The translations under genes were made by a program, and so were the position numbers. From assembly GCA_002104905.1 (NCBI GenBank), contig MCFE01000147.1, positions 90,507-154,506 of the forward strand: a DNA stretch of 64,000 nt, written 5' to 3'. Within the stretch, counting starts at the first letter, position 1. Each line of letters opens with the position of its first letter. The DNA is from Basidiobolus meristosporus CBS 931.73. Taxonomy: Eukaryota; Fungi; Basidiobolomycota. The notes under the pieces are model-generated. The model was not told the DNA's origin. It made no database searches and saw only the letters and a program-made list of their open reading frames with translations. Positions 52,396 to 63,824 of this stretch are shown here, piece after piece.

Positions 52396-55300
52396 ATGCT
52401 TCACATGAATCACGAAATCGCTCAGCTTCCTTCTGCTGTCGCTGACCTCCACTTAAACTGTGAAACTCCATGCGCTGACGAGTCATGCCAAGTTCGTGCT
52501 GCTGATAAGGTTAAGGCTTCCGAACTTCTTCAGAAGTTGTCTGCCTGCGAGAGTACCGAGGCTTTGACCCAAGTTGCTAAGGAAGTTGCTACTTTCGTTG
52601 GTAACGTCGGTGTCTTCCAAGCCGTTACTTCTTTCGGTATGATTGAGATCCTTAAGATCGCTGCTCAAAACAAGAAATCCCCCATCGACCGTGAGGGTGC
52701 CCTCTTGGTGTATGCCTCCCTTGCCAAGGAGCTCAGCCACACCATTGAGCCTTATCTCATTTCCGAGTTGCCCATCATTTTGGGTGGATTCGCTGACAAG
52801 TCTGCCGCTGTCCGTGAGGCCGCCAAGGTTGCTGGTGCTGCCTTGATGGCTCTTCCTTGCGAACACGCCGTCCCTGCCCTTTTGCCCGTCCTTTTCGATG
52901 CCTTGCAAAACGGCAAATGGCAAACCAAGCTCGGCAGTATGTCTTTGATCAGTGAGCTTTCCCGTAGCTCCTCCCAGCAAGTCAGAACCTGCCTCCCTGA
53001 GATCGTTCCTCATGTTTCTGAAATCATGTGGGATACCAAGCCCGAGGTCCAGAAGGCCGCCAAGGTTACCATGCGTGATGTCTATGATGTCGTCGGTAAC
53101 CCCGATATCGAGCCCGCTTTGGATTCCTTGATCGGCTGTATCGCCGCTCCCGAGAACGTCCCCGAGTGCATCCATCAACTTGCTGCCACTACCTTTGTCA
53201 CTCAAGTTGAGGCTCCTGCTCTTGCCATCATGACTCCTCTCCTTACCCGTGGTTTGGCCGAGCGTTCCCCAGTCATCCAACGTCAAACTGCTGTCATTAT
53301 CGACAACATGTGCAAGTTGGTCGAAAACCCCGCTGATGCTGAGCAATTCTTGCCCAAGCTTCTCCCTGGTCTTGACCGTATTATCGAAATCGGTGCCAAC
53401 CCTGAGTTGCGTAGCGTTGCCGAGCGTGCTCGTTCCACTTTGGTTCGTGTCGGTGGTGCCAATGCTACCGCTTCCATCCCTGTCTTCGAGACCATCGAGG
53501 CTGCTCAGGTCCTTGCTCTCTTGCAAAAGGAGATCACTGCCATTGCTCCCTCCAAGGTTGAGACTGCCACCACTGCCCTCAACTACATCTCCACCATGTG
53601 CGCTGGTCTTGTTAACAGACGTTGCTTCGAAGAAGTTGACTGGGATATGTGCATTGTTCCTTATCTCGCTCCTGTCATCCTTCAGAAGAACGCTGAGGCA
53701 GTTTGCGCCAGTCTTTTGAGCCACTACAAGGCTTGGGATGAAGAGCGTGCCAAGGAAGCCGCCGCTGCCGCTGAAGATGAGGAGGGTGAAGAACTCTGCG
53801 ACTGCGAGTTCTCCCTCGCTTATGGTGGTATGATCTTGTTGAACAACACCAGACTCAAGCTCCGTCGTGGTCAACGTTACGGTCTTTGCGGTCCTAACGG
53901 TGTTGGTAAATCCACTCTCATGAGAGCCATCGCTGAAGGTAAACTCAACGGTTTCCCATCTCCTGATGAGCTTAAGACTGTCTTCGTCGAACACAACCTC
54001 CAAGCTGAGGAAGCCGAACTCGGTGTTCGTGAATTCATTGCCAAGGATCAGAGCCTCTCCCACGTTCCTGAGGAGGAGATCAAGAGCATGCTCTTGAGCG
54101 TCGGTTTCACCGAAGACATGCAGCTCCAAGCTGTTTCTTCCCTCTCCGGTGGTTGGAAGATGAAGTTGGAATTGGCCCGTGCCATGTTGATGCAAGCTGA
54201 TATCTTCTTCTCGATGAACCTACCAATCACTTGGATGTTGCCAATGTTGCTTGGTTGGAGAACTACCTTAACAGCCTTTCCAACGTTACCAGTATCCTCG
54301 TTTCCCACGACTCCGGTTTCTTGGACAACGTCTGTACCGGTATCATCCACTACGAGAGCCGTAAGTTGAAGAACTACAAGGGTAACCTTTCCAAGTTCGT
54401 CGAACAATACCCCGAAGCCAAGGCTTACTACGAGCTTTCCAGTGCTACCCACAAGTTCACCCTTCCCACTCCTGGTATCTTGGATGGTGTCAAGTCCAAG
54501 GGTAAGGCTATCTTGAAGATGACCAATGTCGGATACACCTATCCTGGAGCTAGCAAGGTTGCTCTCCACAACATCTCCGTTCAATGTTCTTTGAGCTCCC
54601 GTGTTGCCGTTCTCGGTCCTAACGGTGCCGGTAAATCTACCATGATCAAGGTCCTCACTGGTGAGATCGTCCCTGACTGTGGTGAGATCAAGAAGCACCC
54701 TAACCTCCGTGTCGCCTACGTTGCCCAGCACGCTTTCCATCACATTGAAAACCACCTCGACAAAACTCCTAACGAATATATCCGCTGGCGTTACCAAAGT
54801 GGTGAGGATCGCGAGTCTCTTGCCAAGGCTAGCAACCAAATCACCGAAGAGGAGCAAAAGCAAATGGACACCGTTGTCGTTTGGGATGGTGAGAAGGTGA
54901 AGGTTGAGGGATTGTACGGTCGTCGTAAGGCTGGCCGCTCTTCCGAGTACGAAGTCCAATGGGTTGGTAAGCCCTACGAGAGCAACGCCTGGGTTCCTCG
55001 CGAAGACTTGGAGAAGTGGGGATTCAAGAAGATGTTGGATGCCTATGATGCCAAGGAAGCTGCCCTTGCTGGTGCCTGGACCAGACAATTGACCGCCAAG
55101 GAAGTCGAGAAGCATCTCGGTGATCTTGGTTTGGATGCCGAATTCGCCACCCACAACCGTATCCGCGGTTTGTCTGGTGGTCAAAAGGTCAAGGTCGTTA
55201 TTGCCGCTGCTATGTGGCTCAACCCTCACTTGCTCGTTCTTGACGAACCTACCAATTACTTGGATCGTGATTCTCTTGGTGCCCTTGCTGAGGCTATTAA

Positions 55301-55604
55301 GGAGTATGAGGGTGGTGTTGTCATGATTTCCCATCACACCGAATTCACTTCCAGCCTTTGTACCGAAACCTGGAGAGTTGATGCTGGTACCGTTACTCTT
55401 GAAGGTAACGACTACTCCACCAACGCTGGTGAGAAGATCGAAGCCCGTGAAGAGGCTGAGACCAAGGTCGATGCTTTCGGTAACGTTTCCAAGGTCGTCT
55501 CCAAGAAGAAGCTTAGCCGTAAGGAACTTAAGCAGAAGCAAAAGAGAAGAGCCCAAAGAATTGCTAACGGTGAAGAAGTTAGCAGTGAAGAAGAGGACTA
55601 CTAA
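52396..55604 (+). CDS. YEF3: Translation elongation factor 3 (ABC-F type), intronless, with a 1-nt deletion at ~54205
   Basis: HEAT region (KWQTKLG, TTFVTQVEAPALAIMTPLL), ABC1 GPNGVGKST/LSGGW, ABC2 GPNGAGKST/LSGGQ/LDEPTN with chromodomain insert, and Lys-rich tail. The two ORFs join if one C is restored in gatatc(c)ttcttctcgatgaacct (DILLLDEPT). Confidence 0.97.
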
Positions 55605-56440
55605 ATTATTCATTTACCACCGTTGGTTTTGTAAACCAGCCTACCTTACCGTTTGTTAAATTATCTGTCTAGTCCTTTATCTCATATAGTAGTACTATCA
55701 CATAGAAACTTAGAAATCTTAGTACTTAATATTATAGAAGGCAATGTACTAATAAATATTGTTATATTACAACTATGTTGTTGATTTTTCATTTTATTCT
55801 AACCCGGCTCCTTTTCTTCGAGTTATCAAACAGTTAGGGCTATATAAGTTATTCATAGCATTTGCCATCATTCACCAATAAAGTAGCATCTTTATCAGCA
55901 GCATAAATTGATAGAGAACTTCATACCCTGGGAAGCAGCAGTCTCAATTGGTTGTTTATCATGACGGTGACGTAAAAGACGCCAAGCAGTATTGTGTTTT
56001 ATAGCCTACGTTTATCCCCGAGATTGTCATGTGATACATATATGTAAATATCCGCTACCATAAGATAGCTTGTGCGACTATTTATTATTTAACTCCAATT
56101 ATACCTGAGTCAACTGACACTCGACATTTGTGTTTGCTTGTGAGATTGCATGATAGAAGCAATCAACAAAGCTGATCCTCAATATAATATGAGTATCAAA
56201 CCGCCTCTCATTGTTGGTGCAGCACAAGCTCTGGTGTGTGTAATCTTTTGGATGGTAAGACCGACAGATATGGTGGTTACTAACGCAGACAGATACAACG
56301 ATACTACGCATGATACTGCCGCAACTTGTTCAGGTCTGTGTACGAATAAAGCGCGTCCACTGCATTCTCAATCGATGGGAAATGTTTATTATGGTTGGTG
56401 ATTGCTGGTTATAGTTGGGTCTGGATGGTGTGAATGTTGA

Positions 56441-57409
56441 TTATAGTTGGTTTTGTAGGGGCAACTTGTTTTTGTCCCGAGGCCTACGATCAGTTCCTAG
56501 GTTACACAGCTTCACAAAGGCATTCTTGAAATCTTCAAACCATTTTTCCTGATCACTGGCATAGAGCTCGACCCACGGTCTGAATGGCTCTTCCAGAAAG
56601 GTCATTTCCGCAGGAATCATCATCAACTTGTGGGTTTCCTCGTCCTCAAACTGTCTCGGCCCATCCCAGTTCTTCTTTTCTTTCCAGGTGCGGGTCAATA
56701 ACATTTTGTAGTAGTTATTATTGAACTGGGTTTGGGTCTCCGTCCAAGGTCCGTCATAACCTTGGTGAGATTTGTGGCATTCACCAACGCAGTGGGCACC
56801 AATAAGTGCTGCTGCTTCTTGCACAGACATCCCAAGTCTACCAATAAAGACGTCAATAACGTGATTCTTGCCATACGAACCCTCAGGAAGCCGGCCGCGT
56901 GGAGGAATGTCATTTTTGTCGTTTGAGTCCCACCTACCTGGCGTCCAAGGAATGTGAGGACCGCCCATCTGTTCGACGGCGACGCAACCTCCTAGCCTAC
57001 AATACGGTCGATATTCGTTAATACTCGTTGTTTTTTAGGTCCGATAGTAATTGTGTGGCGTTACGTGTAAAGGTCAGCGTAAGTTATCCAAGGATGCTTT
57101 TCGTGAACAGGCTCCAAGGCATTTCTAGCATTCTCCAATCCCTTGTTTGCAGGATCTGAGTATTGTTCCGGAAAGCGCATAGTCCCGCCTTGACTTCCAC
57201 CGTTGTTTTGACGTTGATCGAAGGTTGCACACGAATGCCACGTAAGCCGAATCCTTTTTAAACAAAAGGTTAGCATTGGTGGAAATGCGTTTGTGGCGTA
57301 TAACACAGTACATTGACGGGCCATATGTCCCTTTATCATATCTTTCCGCAGGAATTGCTTTAATAATATCTCTCCTTACAGCCTCGTAATCTCCAACTCG
57401 GCTTGTCAT
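56441..57409 (-). CDS. Class I heme peroxidase, cytochrome c peroxidase-like, without mitochondrial presequence (2 introns)
   Basis: RLTWHSCATFD (distal R/W/H), DPANKGL, GGPHIPWTPGR, GRLP, GAHCVG (proximal His), GYDGPW. Confidence 0.92.
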
Positions 57410-58018
57410 TTTTATTGTGAAGATTGCCGAACGTTTGTAAGTAAGCAACGAAGCAGACCTTCCTGGAGACAATTATTGGGGTTTAATTGTTGAAGATGTT
57501 TTCCCGGTCCAAACTTACCATCGAATCAAATTTCATGCACTTATTCTGGCCGTTCTGACAAGAAATAGCCACAATGGAGCAAATAAAGCAGCAAGAGTGT
57601 AGTCTGTGCTATCTAGAATTAGTCATAATGCAAGCATGTATGTAGTTATTGGTACACAATTATTGTTTGGTTACCATATACAAGTGTGATGGAACATGGA
57701 CTAGACTGCTCTTTGATTATCCATCAAGATTTCATCAATCTCTGCTGAATAGATCAGCAACTACAAAAGCTATCGAGCAATTGTATTTGCATGAAGTGTT
57801 GTGAGAGGCTGCATTGATGGCAGTATTGTAAAGAACATCATAGATTAATACAAATACAACGGGTAGTGTGATATATAGATGTATAATAATATATATCAAT
57901 TTTCAACCTGAATTTTTTGCTAATCCTTTTTAGAATACCATGTAAGATTCATTATGTTCTGAGTGGCTGAGTTTTTGCCAAGAAAATTGTTGATAATTTT
58001 GTAGTAGGTAGGTCTTAA

Positions 58019-58094
58019 GGTTAGGGGGAATGACAATCACTAACAGGTGAAATTTTAATTTCAATAACTAATATAGAAGTTAAGAGCTACATGG
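58019..58094 (-). mobile_element. Short diverged LINE 3' end with telomere-like tail (copy 1)
   Basis: ggttagggggaatgacaatcactaacaggtgaaattttaatt is a degenerate version of the shared terminal motif. Confidence 0.55.
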
Positions 58095-58274
58095 TGTTGT
58101 AATTATTAAATTGTCACCTAAATGTTCATGCTAACTTAGTCACATATATCTTCCTCTGTGATTAGCATTCTGTCCTGACCAAATTTCTTGTTGGGATTTA
58201 CTTGAAATATTTTCACCAAATTATCAGGTACACAGATTGTAATCTTTCTCAAAGTTGTCCAAAAAACCACAAAT
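58095..58274 (+). mobile_element. Copia LTR, right end truncated at a LINE 3' end
   Basis: Starts tgttgtaatt, is colinear with 14527-14869 and 58598-58946, and stops abruptly at aaatt|tagggg. Confidence 0.75.
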
Positions 58275-58597
58275 TTAGGGGGGGAGGGAAAGTCACCAAG
58301 TTGGTGAAATCTTTATTTGAGTCAAGAACTAATCTAAGTACAAATAAAGAAGCCAATTAAGAAGTCTAGAACCTCTCTAATAAGTAATCTAATTTATGAT
58401 TTGTTTCATCTCTGATGTTTGTTTCAATAAAGTAAAGCTCATCAGGGGTAAATATAAAATTCAAGGGTTTTGAGGGGAAGTACAAATTGTAGATGTTTCT
58501 GATCAATATAAATCAAGACTGGAACCCAGCCTGGGATTAGGTGTAGTAGGAAAGGTGTGTGGACTTGTAAGCAGTTCTGCCACATAAATCTTAGATG
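58275..58597 (-). mobile_element. LINE 3' fragment (copy 2), ~323 bp, with TTAGGG junction
   Basis: Nearly identical to 61758-62087 (about 93-95% by eye). Ends where the next copia LTR begins. Confidence 0.92.
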
Positions 58598-61500
58598 TGT
58601 TGTAAAAATTTGTATTTCCACCTAAATATTTACCTAACTTAGTCACTTAGATCATTATCCTCAAATCCTGGAGAATACTGACCAAATTCCTTGTTGGGAT
58701 TTACTTAGAATATTTTCACCAAAATACCAGGTACCCAGAACATGAAAATTCTCAAAGTTGTCCAAACAGCCCCAAACTTTGCACACATGCTCTTAGGACC
58801 TTCCTTGACCTATTCTATGTGCTTGCAATCCAAAGAACAGGTAAAAGTATAAATACTACTTTTACATTGAATAAATCATTAAGTGAAAACCACATAATCT
58901 ATTTGTTCTCCCAATCACTTCCAATATCTCCAAGACTCTTACAGCAGGTTATGAGCCCCAAGCTGTCACTCTCTGCAATATCTACTACTGCTATTACTGG
59001 AATTTCTCCCTCTGCCAAAAAGTTGGATGGATCTAACTACCAATTGTGGAAGGTGAAGATGAAGATGAAGATGCTACTACAAGAAAGAGGCCTTTGGGAT
59101 ATTGTCATGGGAGAAGAATGCCCTCCTAAAAGCATAGGAGAGGAAGCCTTAAAGTACCAGAAGAAAGAGCAAAGCGCCTTTAACTGCATTTGCCTTAATG
59201 TCAAGGACAAATTGCTAATTCAATGCTCAAGAGCAAAAACAACCAAGAATGCCTGGAAGGCATTAGAAGACACCTACCAGTCATGTTCAGCTGCCAAGAA
59301 GATGTATCTAAGACAAAAATTCTTGACTACAAAGATGCTGCTAGGAGAAGAAATGAAAAATCTAATTAACAGAATTACCCTGCTGGTAGATGAGATGGAA
59401 TCTGTGGGCGTACCAACTACTGATGAGGATGTGATAGTTACCATCCTGAATAGCCTGACAGACAAGTTTCAGGGCCTTGTATCAGCCTTAGAGTCCAGAA
59501 CTGAAGGTTTGACCTTAAATTATGTATATGGAAGGCTCCTGGATGAAGAATTAAGAAAATCAAGCGCTAATAAGGAGGAAGAAGAAAATGCTTTAATAAG
59601 CAATGATAACCAACAAGGGAGGTACCCAAGACCCTACAAAGGCAACAGCAACCAGTTTTGCAACTACTGCAAAAGGAAAGGACACACATCAGACTGATGC
59701 CTCAAAAAGAGAGATTATCAGCAAAAGAAGCCTGAATATGGAAATGCTGCAACAACTGAAGATAGACTATTCATATCTGCACTAAATATGACCACAAACA
59801 AGGATTCTCAGACATGGTATATTGACTCTGGAGCTTCTCAACACTTTACACACCAAAAAGAACTTTTTACCCAATATCAAGAAATTCCAATTGAGAAGGT
59901 TTTCATGGGTGACAATAGAACACTTGATGCAGTGGGAGAAGGAACTATCCACATAAACCTTAGAAGCAGTGAAGAAAGCCATACACTGACCTTTAGAGAA
60001 GTACTCTATGTACCAGAAATAGCCAAGAACCTACTGTGTGTAAGCAAGGCCACAGCAGAAGGACTCAGTTTCAGTTTTGACAATTCTGGATGCAGGATCA
60101 CTGATCAAAATGGTGCCCATATTGCTTCAGGCATCAGAGATCAGAATCTATACAAGTTGACTTATATTCCATCATATCTGGAAGCCAATATAAGTAACTT
60201 AAATGAAGAAACACCAATGCTTTGGCCCAGGGGATTTGGACACATCAATTTTGATTATTTGCGTAAAATGATCAAAGATCAGCTAATTTCTGGAGTGAGA
60301 ATTGATCCCCCAGCTGATTTGGAGCACTGTGAAGCCTGCATATATGGGAAACAAGCCAGACAACCGTTCAAGAGCTCTGGGTTAATCAAAACTAAGAAAA
60401 AACTAGATCTAATTCACTCAGATCTGTGTGGACCTATGCAAAATTTATCCTTAGGCGGGATGAAGTATTTAATCACTTTTATTGATGATTATACAAGATA
60501 CACATGGGTCTACTTCATGGAGAGACAGGGAGAAGCTCTGTCTAAGTTCAGAGAGTTTAAAGCCATGGTGGAGAGAGAAACTGGTGAAAAAATCAAGAAA
60601 ATACGATCTGACAATTGTGGAGAAAATACCTCAAAACTATTCAACCACTTCTGCAAAATTCATGGGATAAAGCAAGAGACTACTCTACCATACTCCTCAT
60701 GGCAAAATGGAGTAGCAGAATGTGCTAACAGATCAATAATTGATATGGCAAGATCTATGATCCATGATCAAAAATTATCCTATGATTTTTAGGTGGAATC
60801 AGTTGCCACTGCTGTATATCTTAAAAATAGGAGTTATGACAGAATACTTTGTGATTCTACTCCATTTGAAGCATGGTATGGATACAGACCAAGTGCAGAA
60901 CATCTAAGAATATTTGGGTTTACAGCATATGCAAAAAACTAGCCGGAAATCAGTCAAAAATTGAGCCAAAAAGTGTAAAATGCATTTTTTTAGGCTACTG
61001 CAATGAGAGTAAGGCATACAGACTCTACAATACCAAAGCAAAGAAGCTAATCAAGTCCAGGGATGTGTTGTTTGATGAAAGCTCAAAATTTTCACAAAAA
61101 ATGACATCAGATGATGACAAAAATTTGATCTCAAGTCCACCAATTGTCAGGATTGAATCAGAGCAAAACAATGAATATTTGTTCACTTGAGAGGACTCTA
61201 CAGCTGTGGTTCAGCCAGAATCAGTGCCCAGGAATATCCCAGAAGTGATCATTCCAGTATCAAATGCCTGGAGATCCAATTGGACAAGAAATAGCCTAAA
61301 TTACTATATCAATGAGGGTACAAACTTGGCCTATGCCTTTTCAGTCCATATTGATGAACCCCAGACTGTAAAAGAGGCCCTAAATAGCCCTCAGATGAAG
61401 TTTTGGAGATCTGCAATGACTGAGGAATATCAGGCCCTGATGGAAAATCAAGCTTGGGACTTAGTCAAATTACCAATCAACCAAAAATCAATTGGATGCA

Positions 61501-61757
61501 GATGGGTCTTCAAGACAAAATACAAGGCTGATGGTACAATTGAAAGATACAAAGCAAGACTTGTAGCCAAAGGATACTCTCAAACAAAAGGACTTGACTA
61601 TACTGAGACCTTTGCACCGGTATCCAAGTTTAATTCCATCAGATTAATATTGGCTATTGCAGCCAAATATAAGTTTTTTATTCATCAAATGGATGTAAAA
61701 ACTGCATTTTTGAATGAAGAACTTGATGAGGATGTGTATAGGGACCAGCCTGATGGG
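58598..61757 (+). mobile_element. Ty1/copia element: 5' LTR 58598-58946, PBS 58947-58958, gag-PR-IN and RT start, truncated in RT
   Basis: Same family as 15188-19710 (near-identical proteins), with stops. Ends at DVYRDQPDG and has no 3' half or 3' LTR in the window. Confidence 0.97.
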
Positions 61758-63360
61758 TTAGGGGAGGGAAAGTCACCAAGTTGGTGAAATCTTTATTTGA
61801 GTTAAGAACTAATGTAAGTACAAATAAAGAAGCCAATTAAGAGGTCTAGAACCTCTCTAATAAGTAATCTAATTTATGTTTTGTTTCATCTCTAATGTTT
61901 GTTTCAATAAAGTGAAGCTCATCAGGGTTAAATATAAAATTCAGGGGTTTTGGGGGAAGTACAAATTGTAGATGTTTCTGATCAATATAATCCAAGACTG
62001 GAACCCAGCCTGGGATTAGGTGTAGTAGGAAAGGTGTGTGGACTTGTAAGTAGCTCTGCCACATAGATCTTAGATGATCCTGAGCCAATAGTTTTGGTTT
62101 CTCTGCTTTTTGAAGTTTTGAAGCAAGCTCTGTTACTACAGCAGAGCCAACCAGGGTGTGCCAGCAAGAAGATTTCAGGGAGGAGTTATATTGAAGCCAT
62201 TGTTTGATGGAGGGGTTATGTGATTTCTGAAGTTTGACTAGGAAGGAAGCACAGAGATAGATCATTTGGATTTGGTATGGGTAGAACCCAAAGGCTCCAT
62301 TAGTAGCATGGATATAGGGAGATACTGGAAGATAAGGTACCAAGGATCTGATACACTGATGGAGAAATTTATCCAGGCGGTGAAGTTCTCTGGAGGTTAG
62401 GGGTATAATGTGGAGACCAAATTCAAGTACTGGCAGTACATACTGCTTCAGAAGTATAGGGATCTTTTGAATTGGAGTGTCTGGAGTGACTACTACCAGA
62501 AGCTTTTTGAGAGCCTGTTGGGCAAGACGGATCCTATTATACAGGTGGAGCTTTGAGTCAATCCCATGTTGACAAAATGACAGACCTAGATATATTGCAG
62601 TTTGTTGTGGCAGAATGCTAGTGTTCTGTATAGTTGTAGTGCACCCAATTGGGACTGTCTTGGAAATTGAGAGTGAGAGGTTGTTGGCAGCCAAGTACTT
62701 TTCAATGATGGCAGTGTCTGCTATGGGATTAGAAGTAGCAATCTTGATATCATCTGCATAGAGAGTTAGTAGTGGATAGGGAGAGTCTGGTGAGGGGCCT
62801 TTTGGAAATAAAGGAAAGTTGTGTAGGAATATCACAAATAGTAAGGGACCTAGTACAGATCCTTGGACTACTCCATTTGAAACCTCATAAGTCTCTGATG
62901 TGCAACTTGGATGCAAAATTTTGGCTGAGTTCTCACAAAATAGAGAACGTACAAGAAGGGTCATTGGTAGTGTGGTAACAGCTAATAGCTTTCTCCAAAG
63001 CAGAGCTCTGTCCACAGAGTCAAAGGCTTTAGTAATGTCAAACAGAATGGTTGGCAATGAGAATTGAAGTGAATGATCATGGCTTAGCACTACAGCCATA
63101 TCCAAGGAGAGTTTGGGCAAGAAGCCAAACTGAGAAGGATGGAATGGATATGGTTGAGATTGCAAGGATCTTGCTATTATAAGCTCAAAGATTTTCTGGC
63201 AGGTTGGTAGGAGTGAAACTGGCTGGTAAGAACCTGGGAGTGAGTGTTTGCCCTTCCCTTTGTATAAGGGTATTACATTTGCCTGTGACCACACCTTTGG
63301 GGTAGTCAATTGTTGGGCACAGATAGAGTAGAATGGGATTAGTAAGTGACTCATTTTGGA
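61755..63360 (-). mobile_element. 5'-truncated non-LTR retrotransposon (copy 3) with intact RT ORF 61846-63354 and telomere-like 3' end
   Basis: SYQPVSLLPTCQKIFE, SQFGF, DITKAFDSVD, GVVQGSVLGPLLF and LYADD are LINE RT motifs. 3' UTR is AATAAA, hairpin, CCCTAACCC. Confidence 0.95.
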
Positions 63361-63361
63361 G

Positions 63362-63824
63362 TAGGGGGGAGACAGTCACCAACAGGTGAAATCTTTATTT
63401 CAGTTGAAACAAAGAAGCCAGCGCTACTGTTGTAGCTTTGATACAAGAGTGTGTAGCTGAGGGGAATTTGTAGGTAAGTTAATAAGAAGTGATGATAGTT
63501 CTTCAGTGCTCAAGACACTGTTCAGTGGGAAGGGGGGTAGCAAGAGAGGTAAGAATGACTTGTGAACAACATTAATGAGGGGAATGTGATAAGGATTGAT
63601 ATTCATCATAAAGGGAGTGTGCTGCTGCAGATATTGCTGCCAAAGGTCTGTCAAGTACTTCAGGTAGGCCAGCTTGGGTTTTTCTGACTGCAGAATAAAT
63701 TCAGCAAACTTCTTGACTTCAGGATCTCCAAGTATAGTTCTCCAGCAGGAGCCAGGTGTTGTGTGGTGTGTTCTCTTCCAGGCCTTAATCAGTGGGTTGT
63801 TGCAGTTGTGAAGTCTGAGGTATA
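63362..63824 (-). mobile_element. 5'-truncated LINE of a related subfamily (copy 4)
   Basis: Encodes WQQYLQQHTPFMMNINP..LLPPFPLNSVLSTEEL, homologous to the copy 3 C-terminus. Carries the same terminal hairpin motif. Confidence 0.85.

Noticed and set aside
54195-54220. Programmed ribosomal frameshift in EF3
   Set aside because: No canonical slippery heptamer or obvious stimulatory structure. Similar 1-nt losses elsewhere in the window point to assembly error.
52483-55613. Long antisense ORFs (570 and 521 aa) opposite EF3
   Set aside because: Shadow frames caused by EF3's extreme codon bias. No recognisable domain.
56099-56401. 70- and 83-aa ORFs between EF3 and the peroxidase
   Set aside because: No motifs, signal or splice support. 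Likely 3' UTR or intergenic.
61846-63354. Penelope-like (Athena/Coprina) or telomerase identity for the telomere-linked RT
   Set aside because: Motifs (PVSLL..KIFE, QFGF, DITKAFDSV, QGSVLGPLLF, YADD) are those of non-LTR LINE RTs.
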